A stretch of DNA of 64,000 nt from Clostridiales bacterium (GCA_014799575.1 JAAVHS010000027.1:24539-88538), one strand, 5' to 3'. Counted from the stretch's first letter, positions 1 to 9,693 are shown. The notes: a model not told the origin generated them from the sequence alone. A program made the numbers and translations.

Positions 1-182
1 TTTCACAATTATTCATTTTCATTTTCCATTTAAAATTTTTTTATTGACGCTTTAACTTATCTTGCAAGTGGAGCTAAACAGCAAATGCTGAATGAGTTTG
101 TTGCAGGAGAAGGATATAAGTAAATAAAAAAAGGATAAGGATTACCGTTACTTTAAATTATCGGTAATATAGGAAAATCAAA

Positions 183-2990
183 GTGATAAAAACTAAACGA
201 AGAATTTTTACTTTAAGTCTAATTGCAATTTTATTTTTAACGTTTTTTATTAGTTTTTATATCATCGGTTGCGCAACCGGCGACGGCAAAATAGCTTACG
301 CCGAAGTGAATGCAAACTGTGATTTAACAACAAATTCTTTTGTCAATACCAACGACGTTTTGCCACAAAGCGCTATTAAAATAAGCGACGCGGATGATTT
401 GAAAAGTTTCTTGACAGGTCACGCGTCATACGGTTACGTTGCGGCGGATATTTCTCTCGATTGGGAGGAAGTCGGCTCGCCGATAAACTTCGCAAACGGT
501 AGAACTCTTGACGGACGAGGGCACGTATTGACTTTGACTGATAAACAGGCTTGCGCGGACGTTTACGACGACGAGATGGAAGCATTAAACATGAACGGAG
601 AAGGCGAGACAAGCGAGTGCGATTACGGACTATTTGTCAGCGTGAACAATGGCATAATAAAGAACTTTAAGTTTGCATACGACGATGAAATTTGCGCGGT
701 CAATAGCGGCATTTCCGAGATCAACGGCGTAGGAATAGTATGCGGGAAAAACAACGGAGTGATTGCCAATTGCGAGCTTAGCGCAAGCGGGGCGTTTTCC
801 TATTTCTATATCAATTCCGATGCGAATGACGGGCAAGAATATCAGACGAATTTCGGAGGGTTTGCGGGTATAAACAGAGGAAGTATCGACAGGGTATCTG
901 CAAGTTATTACGACTTTACTTTGAGGGTAAGAACTTTGGCTCACAGTTGGGACTTTTTTAGCGACGGAATAACGGCAAAGACGTTTGCCGGCGGAGTGGC
1001 AGGAAATATATCCGATAGCGGAGAATGTACAAACGCGACAGTTTTTGGCAACAACGCGCTTTTCCATCTCACAGCCGATAAAGTGGGCAATAGAGAAAGC
1101 TTCGTCTATTCCGGCGCGATTGCCGCATATAGCGAAGGCAGAATAGACAATATTATCGTCGACTTTTCGCCTGAGTACGTACAATACTCGGATGAAGTAT
1201 CTGTTGTTTCGAGAAATGCAGTAGTGCAATGCGGTTCGGCTACAAACGTCACTGCGCTCAATACCTACGGCGGTGGAATAAACTTGCAGAGCAATGGTTG
1301 CGGTTGCGCGGAGCATATAGGTTATTGCAACGTTATCAAGACGGACGAATACACAAAAGCGGTAATTTACATAGACGAAGACAACAATCAAGTAATCGAA
1401 CTTACTCCTATCAAGGGCTTAATAGAAAGAGTATCTTTTACAAAACTAACGACAGACGGTAGCGGTAAAATCATTGACGATAACGCCTTTGATGAAAATT
1501 CTCCAAATAATTTTTATTCGCATAGTTTTGCAAGCGAATGCGCTAATGGCAAGACTTTTCAAATTAAACCCTATCAAAATTCTTGCAAATGTTTTTGGGA
1601 AATTGAGGCGCGCTCTTGGCAGAAAGCAGAGATAGAATTTTCTCAAGAAACGCGGTTTAATTATACCGGCAAAGATATCTTACAAGATATTGTCAAGTTT
1701 AGAGTCGACGACGGAAGTTATTTAAAATGCGACTTTACCAAGATGAATTTGTTAAACGATGACGTGGAGATTTACGAGGCAATAAACGTCGGCAGGTATA
1801 ATCTTTCAATACGACCTATCGAGATAGACGGAGTAAAGTATTTGTACTACGACGAAGAAAATCATATAATGGCTATTGCGCCTGAGAATTACTATAATGA
1901 AACACGCGAGTATTATATTGTAAAGAATTTGATTGTGACGGCAGATTGGTTTGATATAGAGGACAATGCCAAAGATTATGACGGAACTGACGAATTCGAC
2001 GTCAACAGAATCAAATGGAATAACGGAAACGAAAACGTGATAGAGAACCTTGCTTTCCTTCCGGCGGTAGATTACAACGCTTATTATTCTCAAAGCGACG
2101 CGGGCGAAGATATTCAAATCATAATAGAATTACAATCGCAAGCGCAAGAGATTGTTATAAACAACAAAATCATCTTTGTAAAAGGAATAATTCGAAGAAG
2201 ACAAGTTAATCTTACTTTAAATTATGCCGAAGCGACTTACGGAGGCGCTATTGAATATCATTATTACGCAGACAACGTCATTGACGGCGATAGCGTTGAC
2301 GTAGTATTCTGTTCCAATATTTTAATGTCGGAGGCGCAAAAATTTAAATTTTGGATAGAGGAAAGCGAATTCGGGAATTATTCTATCGCCAACTTTGAAA
2401 AATTGCACGGCTATGACAACGGCGCACCGTTGATATTACATAAAGCCGTAATTTCTCAACTTGCAAATCTTGAAGAAGATTTTGCCGATTTGAATACTCA
2501 AAACGTGAAAGATTTACAAATAAAGTTTAGGGACGTAATAGATGACAAGGTATTTCATATACTGGATTTATCCTATTACGATTCCGACAAAAATGATTAT
2601 CTGCCTATCGAGGAAATCAACTCTGCGGGTACGTATAAGATTAGGTTGAGTATACCCAAGGAAATGCAATTGATTTATGAGTTGGATGAAAGTCTGGCAG
2701 TAATAGAAATAACCGTATCGCAAGCCGATAATACGCCTAATGATAACGAGGACGGCGACAACGACGATTCGTCGAGCGAGATTACCAAAGACAATGATAA
2801 AATCGATTTTGGCGATAATAGCGAAAATGCCAACTCTTCAAACAATTATACCGATTATTCTCCGGGCGACGTCAAAGAAAAGTCCTACGGCGGTATCGCC
2901 ATTGCAGTCGGGGTAACGTCAACGGCTTTAGTCGCTGTGGGAATTTTGAAAAGAGTATTGTCAAAGCGAAAATTAAAGCCAAGAAAATAA
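183..2990 (+). CDS. large membrane-anchored surface protein with GLUG-like repeats
   Basis: 935-aa ORF with a GTG start. The N-terminus has a hydrophobic signal/anchor (FTLSLIAILFLTFFISFYIIGC). Gly-rich repeats GIVCGKNNGVIANC, FGGFAGINRGSIDRV, FAGGVAGNISDSGEC and YSGAIAAYSEGRIDN resemble GLUG motifs. Later modules carry Y(D/T)G-type motifs. A D/N/S-rich stalk is followed by a TM (YGGIAIAVGVTSTALVAVGIL) and a basic tail (KRVLSKRKLKPRK). There is no LPXTG. Confidence 0.6.
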   Translation: MIKTKRRIFTLSLIAILFLTFFISFYIIGCATGDGKIAYAEVNANCDLTTNSFVNTNDVLPQSAIKISDADDLKSFLTGHASYGYVAADISLDWEEVGSPINFANGRTLDGRGHVLTLTDKQACADVYDDEMEALNMNGEGETSECDYGLFVSVNNGIIKNFKFAYDDEICAVNSGISEINGVGIVCGKNNGVIANCELSASGAFSYFYINSDANDGQEYQTNFGGFAGINRGSIDRVSASYYDFTLRVRTLAHSWDFFSDGITAKTFAGGVAGNISDSGECTNATVFGNNALFHLTADKVGNRESFVYSGAIAAYSEGRIDNIIVDFSPEYVQYSDEVSVVSRNAVVQCGSATNVTALNTYGGGINLQSNGCGCAEHIGYCNVIKTDEYTKAVIYIDEDNNQVIELTPIKGLIERVSFTKLTTDGSGKIIDDNAFDENSPNNFYSHSFASECANGKTFQIKPYQNSCKCFWEIEARSWQKAEIEFSQETRFNYTGKDILQDIVKFRVDDGSYLKCDFTKMNLLNDDVEIYEAINVGRYNLSIRPIEIDGVKYLYYDEENHIMAIAPENYYNETREYYIVKNLIVTADWFDIEDNAKDYDGTDEFDVNRIKWNNGNENVIENLAFLPAVDYNAYYSQSDAGEDIQIIIELQSQAQEIVINNKIIFVKGIIRRRQVNLTLNYAEATYGGAIEYHYYADNVIDGDSVDVVFCSNILMSEAQKFKFWIEESEFGNYSIANFEKLHGYDNGAPLILHKAVISQLANLEEDFADLNTQNVKDLQIKFRDVIDDKVFHILDLSYYDSDKNDYLPIEEINSAGTYKIRLSIPKEMQLIYELDESLAVIEITVSQADNTPNDNEDGDNDDSSSEITKDNDKIDFGDNSENANSSNNYTDYSPGDVKEKSYGGIAIAVGVTSTALVAVGILKRVLSKRKLKPRK

Positions 2991-3014
2991 ATTTGATTTT
3001 TTTGTAAAAAACTC

Positions 3015-3043
3015 TTGACAGAAATAGTAATATTCAATATAAT
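3015..3043 (+). promoter_or_regulatory. sigma70-type promoter of the feoAB operon
   Basis: TTGACA (3015-3020), 17-nt spacer, TATAAT (3038-3043), about 95 nt upstream of the feoA ATG. An AAGGAG RBS precedes 3137. Confidence 0.5.
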
Positions 3044-3136
3044 GTTAGCGTAAACTAACTTAGCAGGACGTCATTTGCTTGAAATATAAAGTTAGCATAG
3101 TGCAACATTTTATAGTAAAAAGAAAAAGGAGAGTAT

Positions 3137-3355
3137 ATGAGGTTGATAATTGCCCCGATAGGGAAGCAAGGCAGAGTGGTAAAAATAGATACCGACGAAA
3201 AGACTAAAAACAGATTGCAAAACATAGGTATTATCGAGGGCGGTAATATCGAACTTATGCAGTCTAATTTCGGCGACGTGATAGTCAAAGTGAGAGATTG
3301 CAGAATTGCAATGAACAAGGACGTTGCAAGCAAGATTACCGTGGAGATAAATTGA
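3137..3355 (+). CDS. feoA: ferrous iron transport protein FeoA
   Basis: 72-aa ORF with the typical small FeoA pattern (GRVVKIDTDEKTKNRLQNIGIIEGGNIEL...GDVIVKVRDCRIAMNKDVASKI). Its stop overlaps the feoB ATG (TGATG at 3353-3357). Confidence 0.85.
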   Translation: MRLIIAPIGKQGRVVKIDTDEKTKNRLQNIGIIEGGNIELMQSNFGDVIVKVRDCRIAMNKDVASKITVEIN

Positions 3356-5694
3356 TGAAAAAGAGTAAGATAGATAATAGAGAGAAAATAAAGATTGCCT
3401 TGGCGGGCAACCCTAACTGCGGCAAGACGACGCTCTTCAACGCATTGACGGGCGCGACCGCTCACGTGGGCAACTGGACGGGCGTTACGGTCGAGAAGTT
3501 GGAAGGAACTTATAGGGATAGAAAGGCGGATTTGAGAATAGATATAGTCGATTTGCCGGGTATATATTCGCTTTCGCCATACTCGCCGGAAGAGATTATT
3601 TCGAGAGATTACTTGCTCTCTAGCGACGCCGATTTGATACTCAATATCATCGACGCTACCAACTTAGAGAGAAATCTATATTTGACCACTCAACTTTTGG
3701 AGATAGGTATGCCTATCGTAGTTGCGCTCAATATGGAAGACTGTCTTAAAGCCAACGGCGAGAGCATAGACGTATATAAGTTGTCGGATAGATTGGGCGT
3801 GCCTGTAGTAAGCATTTCCGCGCTTAAACAAAAGGGTATTAAGGAACTTATGCAGACGGTCAAGGACAATTATTCTCAAAAGAGAAACGCTATTTCCTTG
3901 ATTTCCAATACCATTCTCAAAGACAGCGTGGATAAAGTAATGTTGTTGCTCGACGACAGCAAGCAAAAACTCTTTGAGAGCGTCAAACTCGTCGAGGGAG
4001 ATAAAATAGTAGCGCAAAAGTATTCTTCTCTTGAAAAAGAAATTCAAGCGATAAAAGACGAAAATCAAGAGGTAAAGAAAAAGTACAACGGCAATTTCGA
4101 GTCGTGCGTAGCAGATTGCAGATATAATGTGATCAACGAGAAGTTTGCCGATTTGATTACCCGAGATAGGGAAAAGCCCGACGTATCCAAGAGCGACAAA
4201 GCCGACAAGGTCTTGACGCACAGAATATGGGGTATACCTATTTTCCTCGTGATAATGTTGGCTATTTTCCACATTACTTTCAGTAGCAACTTCTTGTATC
4301 TGTCGGTTGTAATTCCGGATGGCGCTTTTGCCGACGTAGACCCGATCTCGGCACTGTTTGTGGACACAGAGTACGAAGTCGACGAAGAGGGCAATATATC
4401 GGGCGCAAACGCGTTGAAATCGCCCGGCGTATTCTTGCAAGGACTTGTCGAGGCTTTGGGCGAAGTCGTCAACGGCGAACGCGTTGTCGAAGACGTATTT
4501 GACGAAAACGGCGAAGCGGTCTTGGACGAAGAAGGCAACGCTTTAAGCGAAGTTGTAGAAGAGGGCGGATGGATTCCTCGCCTGCTCGCAAATGCCCCCG
4601 ATTGGGCGTACGGAGTAATATGCGACGGAATTTTGGCAGGCGTATTCGGCGTGCTATCATTCATACCTCAAATAATGGTGTTGTTCCTATTCCTCACTAT
4701 TTTGGAAGATACGGGATATATGGCGCGCGTCGCATTCATAATGGACAGAGCGTTTAGACGCATAGGACTGTCGGGCAAATCGTTTATGCCATTGCTTATG
4801 TGCTTCGGTTGCGCCGTTCCTGGTATTATGGCAACCCGTACGATAGAAAACAACAGAGAAAGAAAGTCGACGATTTTGCTCGCGCCGTTCTTCTCGTGCG
4901 GAGCAAAGAGTCCGATTTGGTACGCGTTTGCCGCGGTACTTGCTTCGACAGTGGGATGGAATGAAGAGTTGACGGTATTCAGCGTCTATCTCGTCGGAAT
5001 ATTGGTGGCTATGATAGCGGCTTTGATACTCAAAAAGATAAGCGGACAAAAGGGCGTAACGCCGTTTATAATGGAACTTCCGACTTACCATACGCCGCAG
5101 TTTAAGAGCGTGAGCATACATATTTGGCAGAAACTCAAACACTTCGTTTTCAGAGCGGGTACTGTCATTGCCGCATCGACGGTCATTATATGGTATCTTC
5201 TCAACTTCAACTTTACGTTCCATATGGTCGAAGAAAGCCAAAGCATTCTCGCTACCGTAGGCGGTTGGTTCGAATGGCTCTTCAAACCGCTCGGTTTCGG
5301 CAACTGGAAATTTATTGTCGCGTCCGTCACGGGCTTGATTGCTAAAGAAGAAGTCATTTCGTCAATCGAAGTGCTCGCAGGCAGCGTGGAAGCATTCGTC
5401 GCAGAGAGCGGAGTTTCGACGGCAGGTATATTCGCATTTATGTCGTTCAACTTGTTGACCGTTCCTTGTATGGCGGCAGTAGGAGCGGCGGCAAGCGAAT
5501 TAGGCTCGACAAAACGCACTATGCTCGCAATACTTTTCTGGATACTCACATCTTATATCGTGGCAATGACGATATATCTCGTCGGCACTTATTGGTGGAC
5601 GGTATTCATATTCGCCGCTCTCGTCGCGATAATAATTACCGTAGCCCACTTTGTTCAGAAGAATAGAGCAAACAAAATGCCATTGGAGGTTTAG
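3355..5694 (+). CDS. feoB: ferrous iron transporter FeoB (G-domain plus permease)
   Basis: The G1 motif GNPNCGKTTLFNALTG follows the start MKKSKIDNREKIKIALAG, with DLPG as G3 and a multi-TM C-terminal permease. I chose the ATG at 3355 over the track start 3298 because it couples to the feoA stop and precedes the G-domain by the usual distance. Confidence 0.95.
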   Translation: MKKSKIDNREKIKIALAGNPNCGKTTLFNALTGATAHVGNWTGVTVEKLEGTYRDRKADLRIDIVDLPGIYSLSPYSPEEIISRDYLLSSDADLILNIIDATNLERNLYLTTQLLEIGMPIVVALNMEDCLKANGESIDVYKLSDRLGVPVVSISALKQKGIKELMQTVKDNYSQKRNAISLISNTILKDSVDKVMLLLDDSKQKLFESVKLVEGDKIVAQKYSSLEKEIQAIKDENQEVKKKYNGNFESCVADCRYNVINEKFADLITRDREKPDVSKSDKADKVLTHRIWGIPIFLVIMLAIFHITFSSNFLYLSVVIPDGAFADVDPISALFVDTEYEVDEEGNISGANALKSPGVFLQGLVEALGEVVNGERVVEDVFDENGEAVLDEEGNALSEVVEEGGWIPRLLANAPDWAYGVICDGILAGVFGVLSFIPQIMVLFLFLTILEDTGYMARVAFIMDRAFRRIGLSGKSFMPLLMCFGCAVPGIMATRTIENNRERKSTILLAPFFSCGAKSPIWYAFAAVLASTVGWNEELTVFSVYLVGILVAMIAALILKKISGQKGVTPFIMELPTYHTPQFKSVSIHIWQKLKHFVFRAGTVIAASTVIIWYLLNFNFTFHMVEESQSILATVGGWFEWLFKPLGFGNWKFIVASVTGLIAKEEVISSIEVLAGSVEAFVAESGVSTAGIFAFMSFNLLTVPCMAAVGAAASELGSTKRTMLAILFWILTSYIVAMTIYLVGTYWWTVFIFAALVAIIITVAHFVQKNRANKMPLEV

Positions 5695-5696
5695 CA

Positions 5697-5912
5697 ATGA
5701 TTAGCGCATTGTCGGTCAACGTAAGCGGCGTAGTCGTGGGCATAGTCGTCGCCCTCGTGGTGGTAGGCGGTTTCGGCGCATACTTCTACCGCAAAATAAA
5801 AGCCAAAAAGAGTGGGAAAGGCTGTTGCTGTTCGGGCGATTGTTCGTCGTGTTCGTGTTGCTCTTTCTCCTTCAAAAGCAAAAAAGAAGAAGAGACCGAT
5901 AAAAAGAATTGA
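5697..5912 (+). CDS. FeoB-associated Cys-rich small membrane protein
   Basis: 71-aa ORF 3 nt after the feoB stop, with a GGAGG RBS. It has one TM (VVVGIVVALVVVGGFGAYFY), a basic patch, then GCCCSGDCSSCSCCS. This matches the FeoB-associated Cys-rich membrane protein family pattern. Confidence 0.7.
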   Translation: MISALSVNVSGVVVGIVVALVVVGGFGAYFYRKIKAKKSGKGCCCSGDCSSCSCCSFSFKSKKEEETDKKN

Positions 5913-5937
5913 AATTTTCCTAAGTGATTAAATATGC

Positions 5938-5973
5938 CAAAAAGCGACCGCTATTATTAGCGGTCGCTTTTTA
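5938..5973. terminator. bidirectional rho-independent terminator
   Basis: AAAGCGACCGCT-attatt-AGCGGTCGCTTT, flanked by an A-run and a T-run, lies between convergent genes. Confidence 0.7.
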
Positions 5974-5995
5974 TGAGTTTATAAATTAAATTTAG

Positions 5996-7921
5996 TTATT
6001 GTTGAAACAGTCGACATAAACAACAACCGCATAGACAATTTTTGCATTGATTGCATTGGCAGCAGTTACAAGGACAGCAAGGGCAATACAGCGTGATTGT
6101 CGGCGTCGTTGGGTCAGGTCGATTTATAATCGTGATGACCGGATTGCTGATAATTGTCACAGGTTGTTCGTCTACTACGAAACTTACGTTGGAATAGTTG
6201 GTGACGGTGTTTACCGCATTGGTGACAACTACGTCAAACTCTACTATTACCGCTCCGCCGACGGCAAGGTCGGGAAGAGGAAATCCCGTTTGCGGATTGT
6301 ACGCAGGGTATGACGTTCCGTTGATTCTCACGCTTCCCGCTGTGAATGCCGTACCTGTCGGGATTGGGTCGGTGAAGACCAAATCAGTCTTTTCAAGCGT
6401 ACCGGTATTGGTGATTGCCGAAGTATAGTGCAAGGTGTCGCCCTGTTCAGCGAAAGCCTTATCCACGCTCTTCACGTTGGTCAGTCCGTTGGATACGATT
6501 AGTACGGATATCGGATTTGAGAGGGAAAAACTCGAAGCAGGGAATCCCGCAAACGGGAAGAAGCTATAGTCCGCTCTCGCTATATTGATTATAGGATTTA
6601 TCGCGGGAATTGAATTTGCCGTGACTTGGAAGGTGATTGTTACAGTTTGATTAGGCGCAATCGTTGCGATTTCGACAGGCAATGCGCCTGCGTACGGAGA
6701 GCCGTCGACGGTTATCGAATTGGGGACGAGAATGGTCTCGGGCGGTAGCATATCGCCAATCGTAGTGTTCAACGCTTCGACCGTCCCCGTATTCTCGATT
6801 TGCAAAGTATAAGTTATCACTTCGCCCACTTCCGCGGCGGTCTTGTCAGCCGATTTGGTTACGACAAGATTTGCGCCCTTGCTGTCGATTTGCAGAGCAA
6901 GCGCATTGGGAACGTACAAGTCGCCGTCGCTCGTGAATCTTATGACAGCGCTGTTTTGATTTGCTTCCAACTTATCCGACACGTCGACTGCGGTAATGTC
7001 CCAACCTTGACGGCAAGCGGACGTATTCGTTCCTGCGCTCGCGTTTGCGTTACGAGTGCCGAAAGTACCCGTCGTGTCTAGTATGCCGTTTTCGTCGTTG
7101 ATTTGCGAAGCGAAGAAGTTATCTTCGGGATTGTTAGGACCCGATAAGGTTTCAAGCGTGGGTATCGTCTGACCGAACAACATTTGATCGCCCGTGAGTA
7201 CTGCGTCGCCTTCTTGCGCCGAGACGAAGATTTTGCCCGTAATCGGCAAGACGTCTGGGGTAAGGAAATTCAGTACGGTTATCGTCGTACTTCCCGTGTT
7301 TGGGGAAACGACGGCTCCGCCCGCCCAAAGAGTGAGGTTTCGCAGAGTTTGGTTTGGGTTTTCGTACGCTATCGCGAGCGTCCAACCTGCATGGTTGGTG
7401 TCTGACGTACGGCTGTCGATGGCTTCTATCAGCGCAGGTACGCCTTGTACGGAATACGTTCCGTTGAGCGCGGATTGCACCAATGACGTGACGTTTGCCG
7501 TCCTGACGTAGAAGCCTACGGTAATGTCGTTAGCAGGGATATTAAAGTCCTGCGCCGTCGCAGGGTCTGGCGCAATCGAGAAAGCGCCGAGAGGGGTAGT
7601 AAACGTGACGTTGTTGTTAATCAGCGCGGAAATGTTGTTGACGGACGAACGGAACAATCCTCCCCATACGAGTTCCGCGTACAATACCGTTGAGCCGACA
7701 GGCAAATTGAGATTCGCGCTAGACCCGTTCTGCGCGTAGTTGAGCGTAGTTCCCATAGGGAAGGTACTTACCTGCAAAGCCGTGTTCAGACTTGTGAAAG
7801 CGCCTATCGAGCCTTCCGTGCCGGGAGCGTTTTGATTGGACGCTTTGCTCAATCCGAGCGTGTTGCCCGTGAAAACAATTCCGCCTTTTTTGACGTCGGA
7901 ATATCTTTGAATGAAAGGCAT
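5996..7921 (-). CDS. DUF11 (TIGR01451-like conserved repeat) protein with a cysteine-rich C-terminal tail
   Basis: 641-aa ORF with a strong RBS (AAAGGAGGTTAATATG) and no N-terminal signal peptide (MPFIQRYSDVKKGGIVFTGN). DUF11-like repeats are LVVTKSADKTAAEVGEVITYTLQIENTGTVEA and VKSVDKAFAEQGDTLHYTSAITNTGTLE. The tail is TLYCPCCPCNCCQCNQCKNCLCGCCLCRLFQQ. Confidence 0.7.
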   Translation of the reverse strand: MPFIQRYSDVKKGGIVFTGNTLGLSKASNQNAPGTEGSIGAFTSLNTALQVSTFPMGTTLNYAQNGSSANLNLPVGSTVLYAELVWGGLFRSSVNNISALINNNVTFTTPLGAFSIAPDPATAQDFNIPANDITVGFYVRTANVTSLVQSALNGTYSVQGVPALIEAIDSRTSDTNHAGWTLAIAYENPNQTLRNLTLWAGGAVVSPNTGSTTITVLNFLTPDVLPITGKIFVSAQEGDAVLTGDQMLFGQTIPTLETLSGPNNPEDNFFASQINDENGILDTTGTFGTRNANASAGTNTSACRQGWDITAVDVSDKLEANQNSAVIRFTSDGDLYVPNALALQIDSKGANLVVTKSADKTAAEVGEVITYTLQIENTGTVEALNTTIGDMLPPETILVPNSITVDGSPYAGALPVEIATIAPNQTVTITFQVTANSIPAINPIINIARADYSFFPFAGFPASSFSLSNPISVLIVSNGLTNVKSVDKAFAEQGDTLHYTSAITNTGTLEKTDLVFTDPIPTGTAFTAGSVRINGTSYPAYNPQTGFPLPDLAVGGAVIVEFDVVVTNAVNTVTNYSNVSFVVDEQPVTIISNPVITIINRPDPTTPTITLYCPCCPCNCCQCNQCKNCLCGCCLCRLFQQ

Positions 7922-7940
7922 ATTAACCTCCTTTTGTAAA

Positions 7941-7990
7941 AATACTACATATCGTCTCTCGCCTTAGCAAGAGTAAGAATATGTAGTATT
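7941..7990 (-). promoter_or_regulatory. 5' leader stem-loop of the DUF11 gene
   Basis: A perfect 12-bp inverted repeat, AATACTACATAT (7941-7952) and ATATGTAGTATT (7979-7990), has a 26-nt loop and ends about 10 nt upstream of the RBS on the minus-strand transcript. Confidence 0.4.
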
Positions 7991-8195
7991 ATCGTTCAAT
8001 TCGGTATATGTCTTCACTGCATTGTATGTGGGAAGCGCGCGTTTTGTTACATTGCATTTGCATTATAGTAAAATCTTTGTTAAATCAATTAGAAACCGAC
8101 ATTTTTAGGCTTTATGTTGTGGTATTCGGAAAAAATATAGGTTAAACTTTAAGTACAATCAAGAGAAAGTCAATATAAAGAGGTAAATTCAACAG

Positions 8196-9002
8196 ATGTT
8201 ATTAGTCGTAATATCCGCAATTTCGCTTGTTATCGCTTTGTCGGTCTTTTTTGCCTGTTTCGGGAAAATAGCGCAAATATACTGGATAGCGATTGTTTTT
8301 GCCGGAAGTTTTTTTGGATTGGTATTACTTTGGGCGCTACCCGTAATTATTTGTTCGTTGTTTGTAGACCTAAAAAAGCCTTGCAGAAAACACAATCCAT
8401 TTTTCCGCTTTTATGCAAATTGCTTAATCGATATGGCTATCAGACTAATGCGGATAAAAATTCACGTGACGGGAGAGGAAAAACTGCCGAAGGAGAAGTT
8501 TTTGTTGGTGGGCAATCACTTATCGTATTTTGACCCGGGGGTAGCAATGTTGGCGTTGCGCTCGTACAGACTGGGTTTTGTAGGCGCTACCGAGTTACTT
8601 TATAAATTTCCCGTACTCAAAAAAATCGGGCACAAAGTTTTTTGCGTTCCGCTTGACAGACAAAGCGCTCGCGACGGCGTGCGCATGGTAAACGAGGCGG
8701 CTGCAATCATAAAAGGTCAGATAGCTTCTATCGGAATTTATCCCGAGGGCAAAAGAAATCTTGAAGGCGGTGAACTTTTGCCATTCAAAAACGGAGCGTT
8801 CAAGATTGCGAAAAAGGCAAACTGTCCAATAGTGGTTGCGCAAATTAGAAATATTGAAAACATTAAAAATAATATGCCGTTTAGACGCACGCACGTTTAT
8901 CTTGATTTCATTGCTGTGATTAAGCCCGAAGAGATAGAAGGATATACCACGCAAGATATTGGCGCGCTCGTGCGCAAAACGTTGGAGGAGAAGTTAAAAT
9001 AA
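8196..9002 (+). CDS. plsC: 1-acyl-sn-glycerol-3-phosphate acyltransferase
   Basis: N-terminal TMs, the acyltransferase HX4D motif (GNHLSYFDP) and the second motif IYPEGKR. Confidence 0.85.
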   Translation: MLLVVISAISLVIALSVFFACFGKIAQIYWIAIVFAGSFFGLVLLWALPVIICSLFVDLKKPCRKHNPFFRFYANCLIDMAIRLMRIKIHVTGEEKLPKEKFLLVGNHLSYFDPGVAMLALRSYRLGFVGATELLYKFPVLKKIGHKVFCVPLDRQSARDGVRMVNEAAAIIKGQIASIGIYPEGKRNLEGGELLPFKNGAFKIAKKANCPIVVAQIRNIENIKNNMPFRRTHVYLDFIAVIKPEEIEGYTTQDIGALVRKTLEEKLK

Positions 9003-9082
9003 TATACTAGACTTGTTATTTTATAATTGTTTTGCTATAATGAAATTACGATAAACAGTAAATTTAGCGGAGAAGTAGCAAT

Positions 9083-9556
9083 ATGAGAAGAAAAGATCGG
9101 GAAGTAACTGATTCTTCAAAGATCAGGGAAATTATAGAAAAAAGTGAAGTTATAAGAATCGGGTATTATGACAACGGCGAAGTATATATTGTTCCCGTTA
9201 ATTTCGGCTATGTGGAAACTGACGGCGAATACACGTTTTATTTTCACGGCGCAAATGCCGGCAGAAAGTATGAGTTGTCAAAGAATGGTTGCGAAGTTGG
9301 ATTTGAGTTGGAATCGCGCGCAAATATCGTTATCGACGACGTAGTATCTTGTCGCTCTACGTGTTATTTTAATAGCGTAATCGGCAACGGAAAGATTTCT
9401 CTAATAACAGACTTACAAGAAAAAGACAGAGCGTTAAATATAATTATGAAACATTTCACAGGGAAGGATATTCATACCTTTGATGAAAAATGGCTCAACG
9501 TCGTAGCTATCTTTAAGTTGGACGTTGAAAAATTGACTTGCAAAGCAAGAATATGA
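9083..9556 (+). CDS. pyridoxamine 5'-phosphate oxidase-family (FMN-binding split barrel) protein
   Basis: The 157-aa ORF starts MRRKDREVTDSSKIREIIEKSEVIRIGYYDNGEVYIVPVNFGY...YFHGANAGRK, the typical Pyridox_ox_2-type N-terminus. Confidence 0.7.
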   Translation: MRRKDREVTDSSKIREIIEKSEVIRIGYYDNGEVYIVPVNFGYVETDGEYTFYFHGANAGRKYELSKNGCEVGFELESRANIVIDDVVSCRSTCYFNSVIGNGKISLITDLQEKDRALNIIMKHFTGKDIHTFDEKWLNVVAIFKLDVEKLTCKARI

Positions 9557-9693
9557 GAAAACTCTCTTTATCAAATCGATAAAGCAGCAGTTAAATAAGT
9601 TGAGGGCTACAAATAAAATTGTAGTCCTTGTTTTTTGATTGTTGTTTTGCTATAATAATTGTACAATAAGCAGTAATTTAGTGGAGAAAGACA

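Noticed and set aside
3015-3060. Possible Fur box over the feoAB promoter (TAGTAATATTCAATA).
   Set aside because: Only about 9 of 15 positions match the TGATAATNATTATCA consensus by eye. That is indistinguishable from AT-rich promoter sequence.
3298-3354. N-terminal extension of FeoB suggested by the ORF track.
   Set aside because: It overlaps feoA in another frame. The ATG at 3355 is coupled to the feoA stop and gives the canonical distance to the G1 motif.
9033-9049. Identical 17-mer TGCTATAATGAAATTAC shared between the backbone promoter (9033-9049) and the island promoter (16096-16112).
   Set aside because: It is mostly the extended -10 consensus plus a short AT-rich tail. One such match is plausible by chance in 64 kb of AT-biased DNA.
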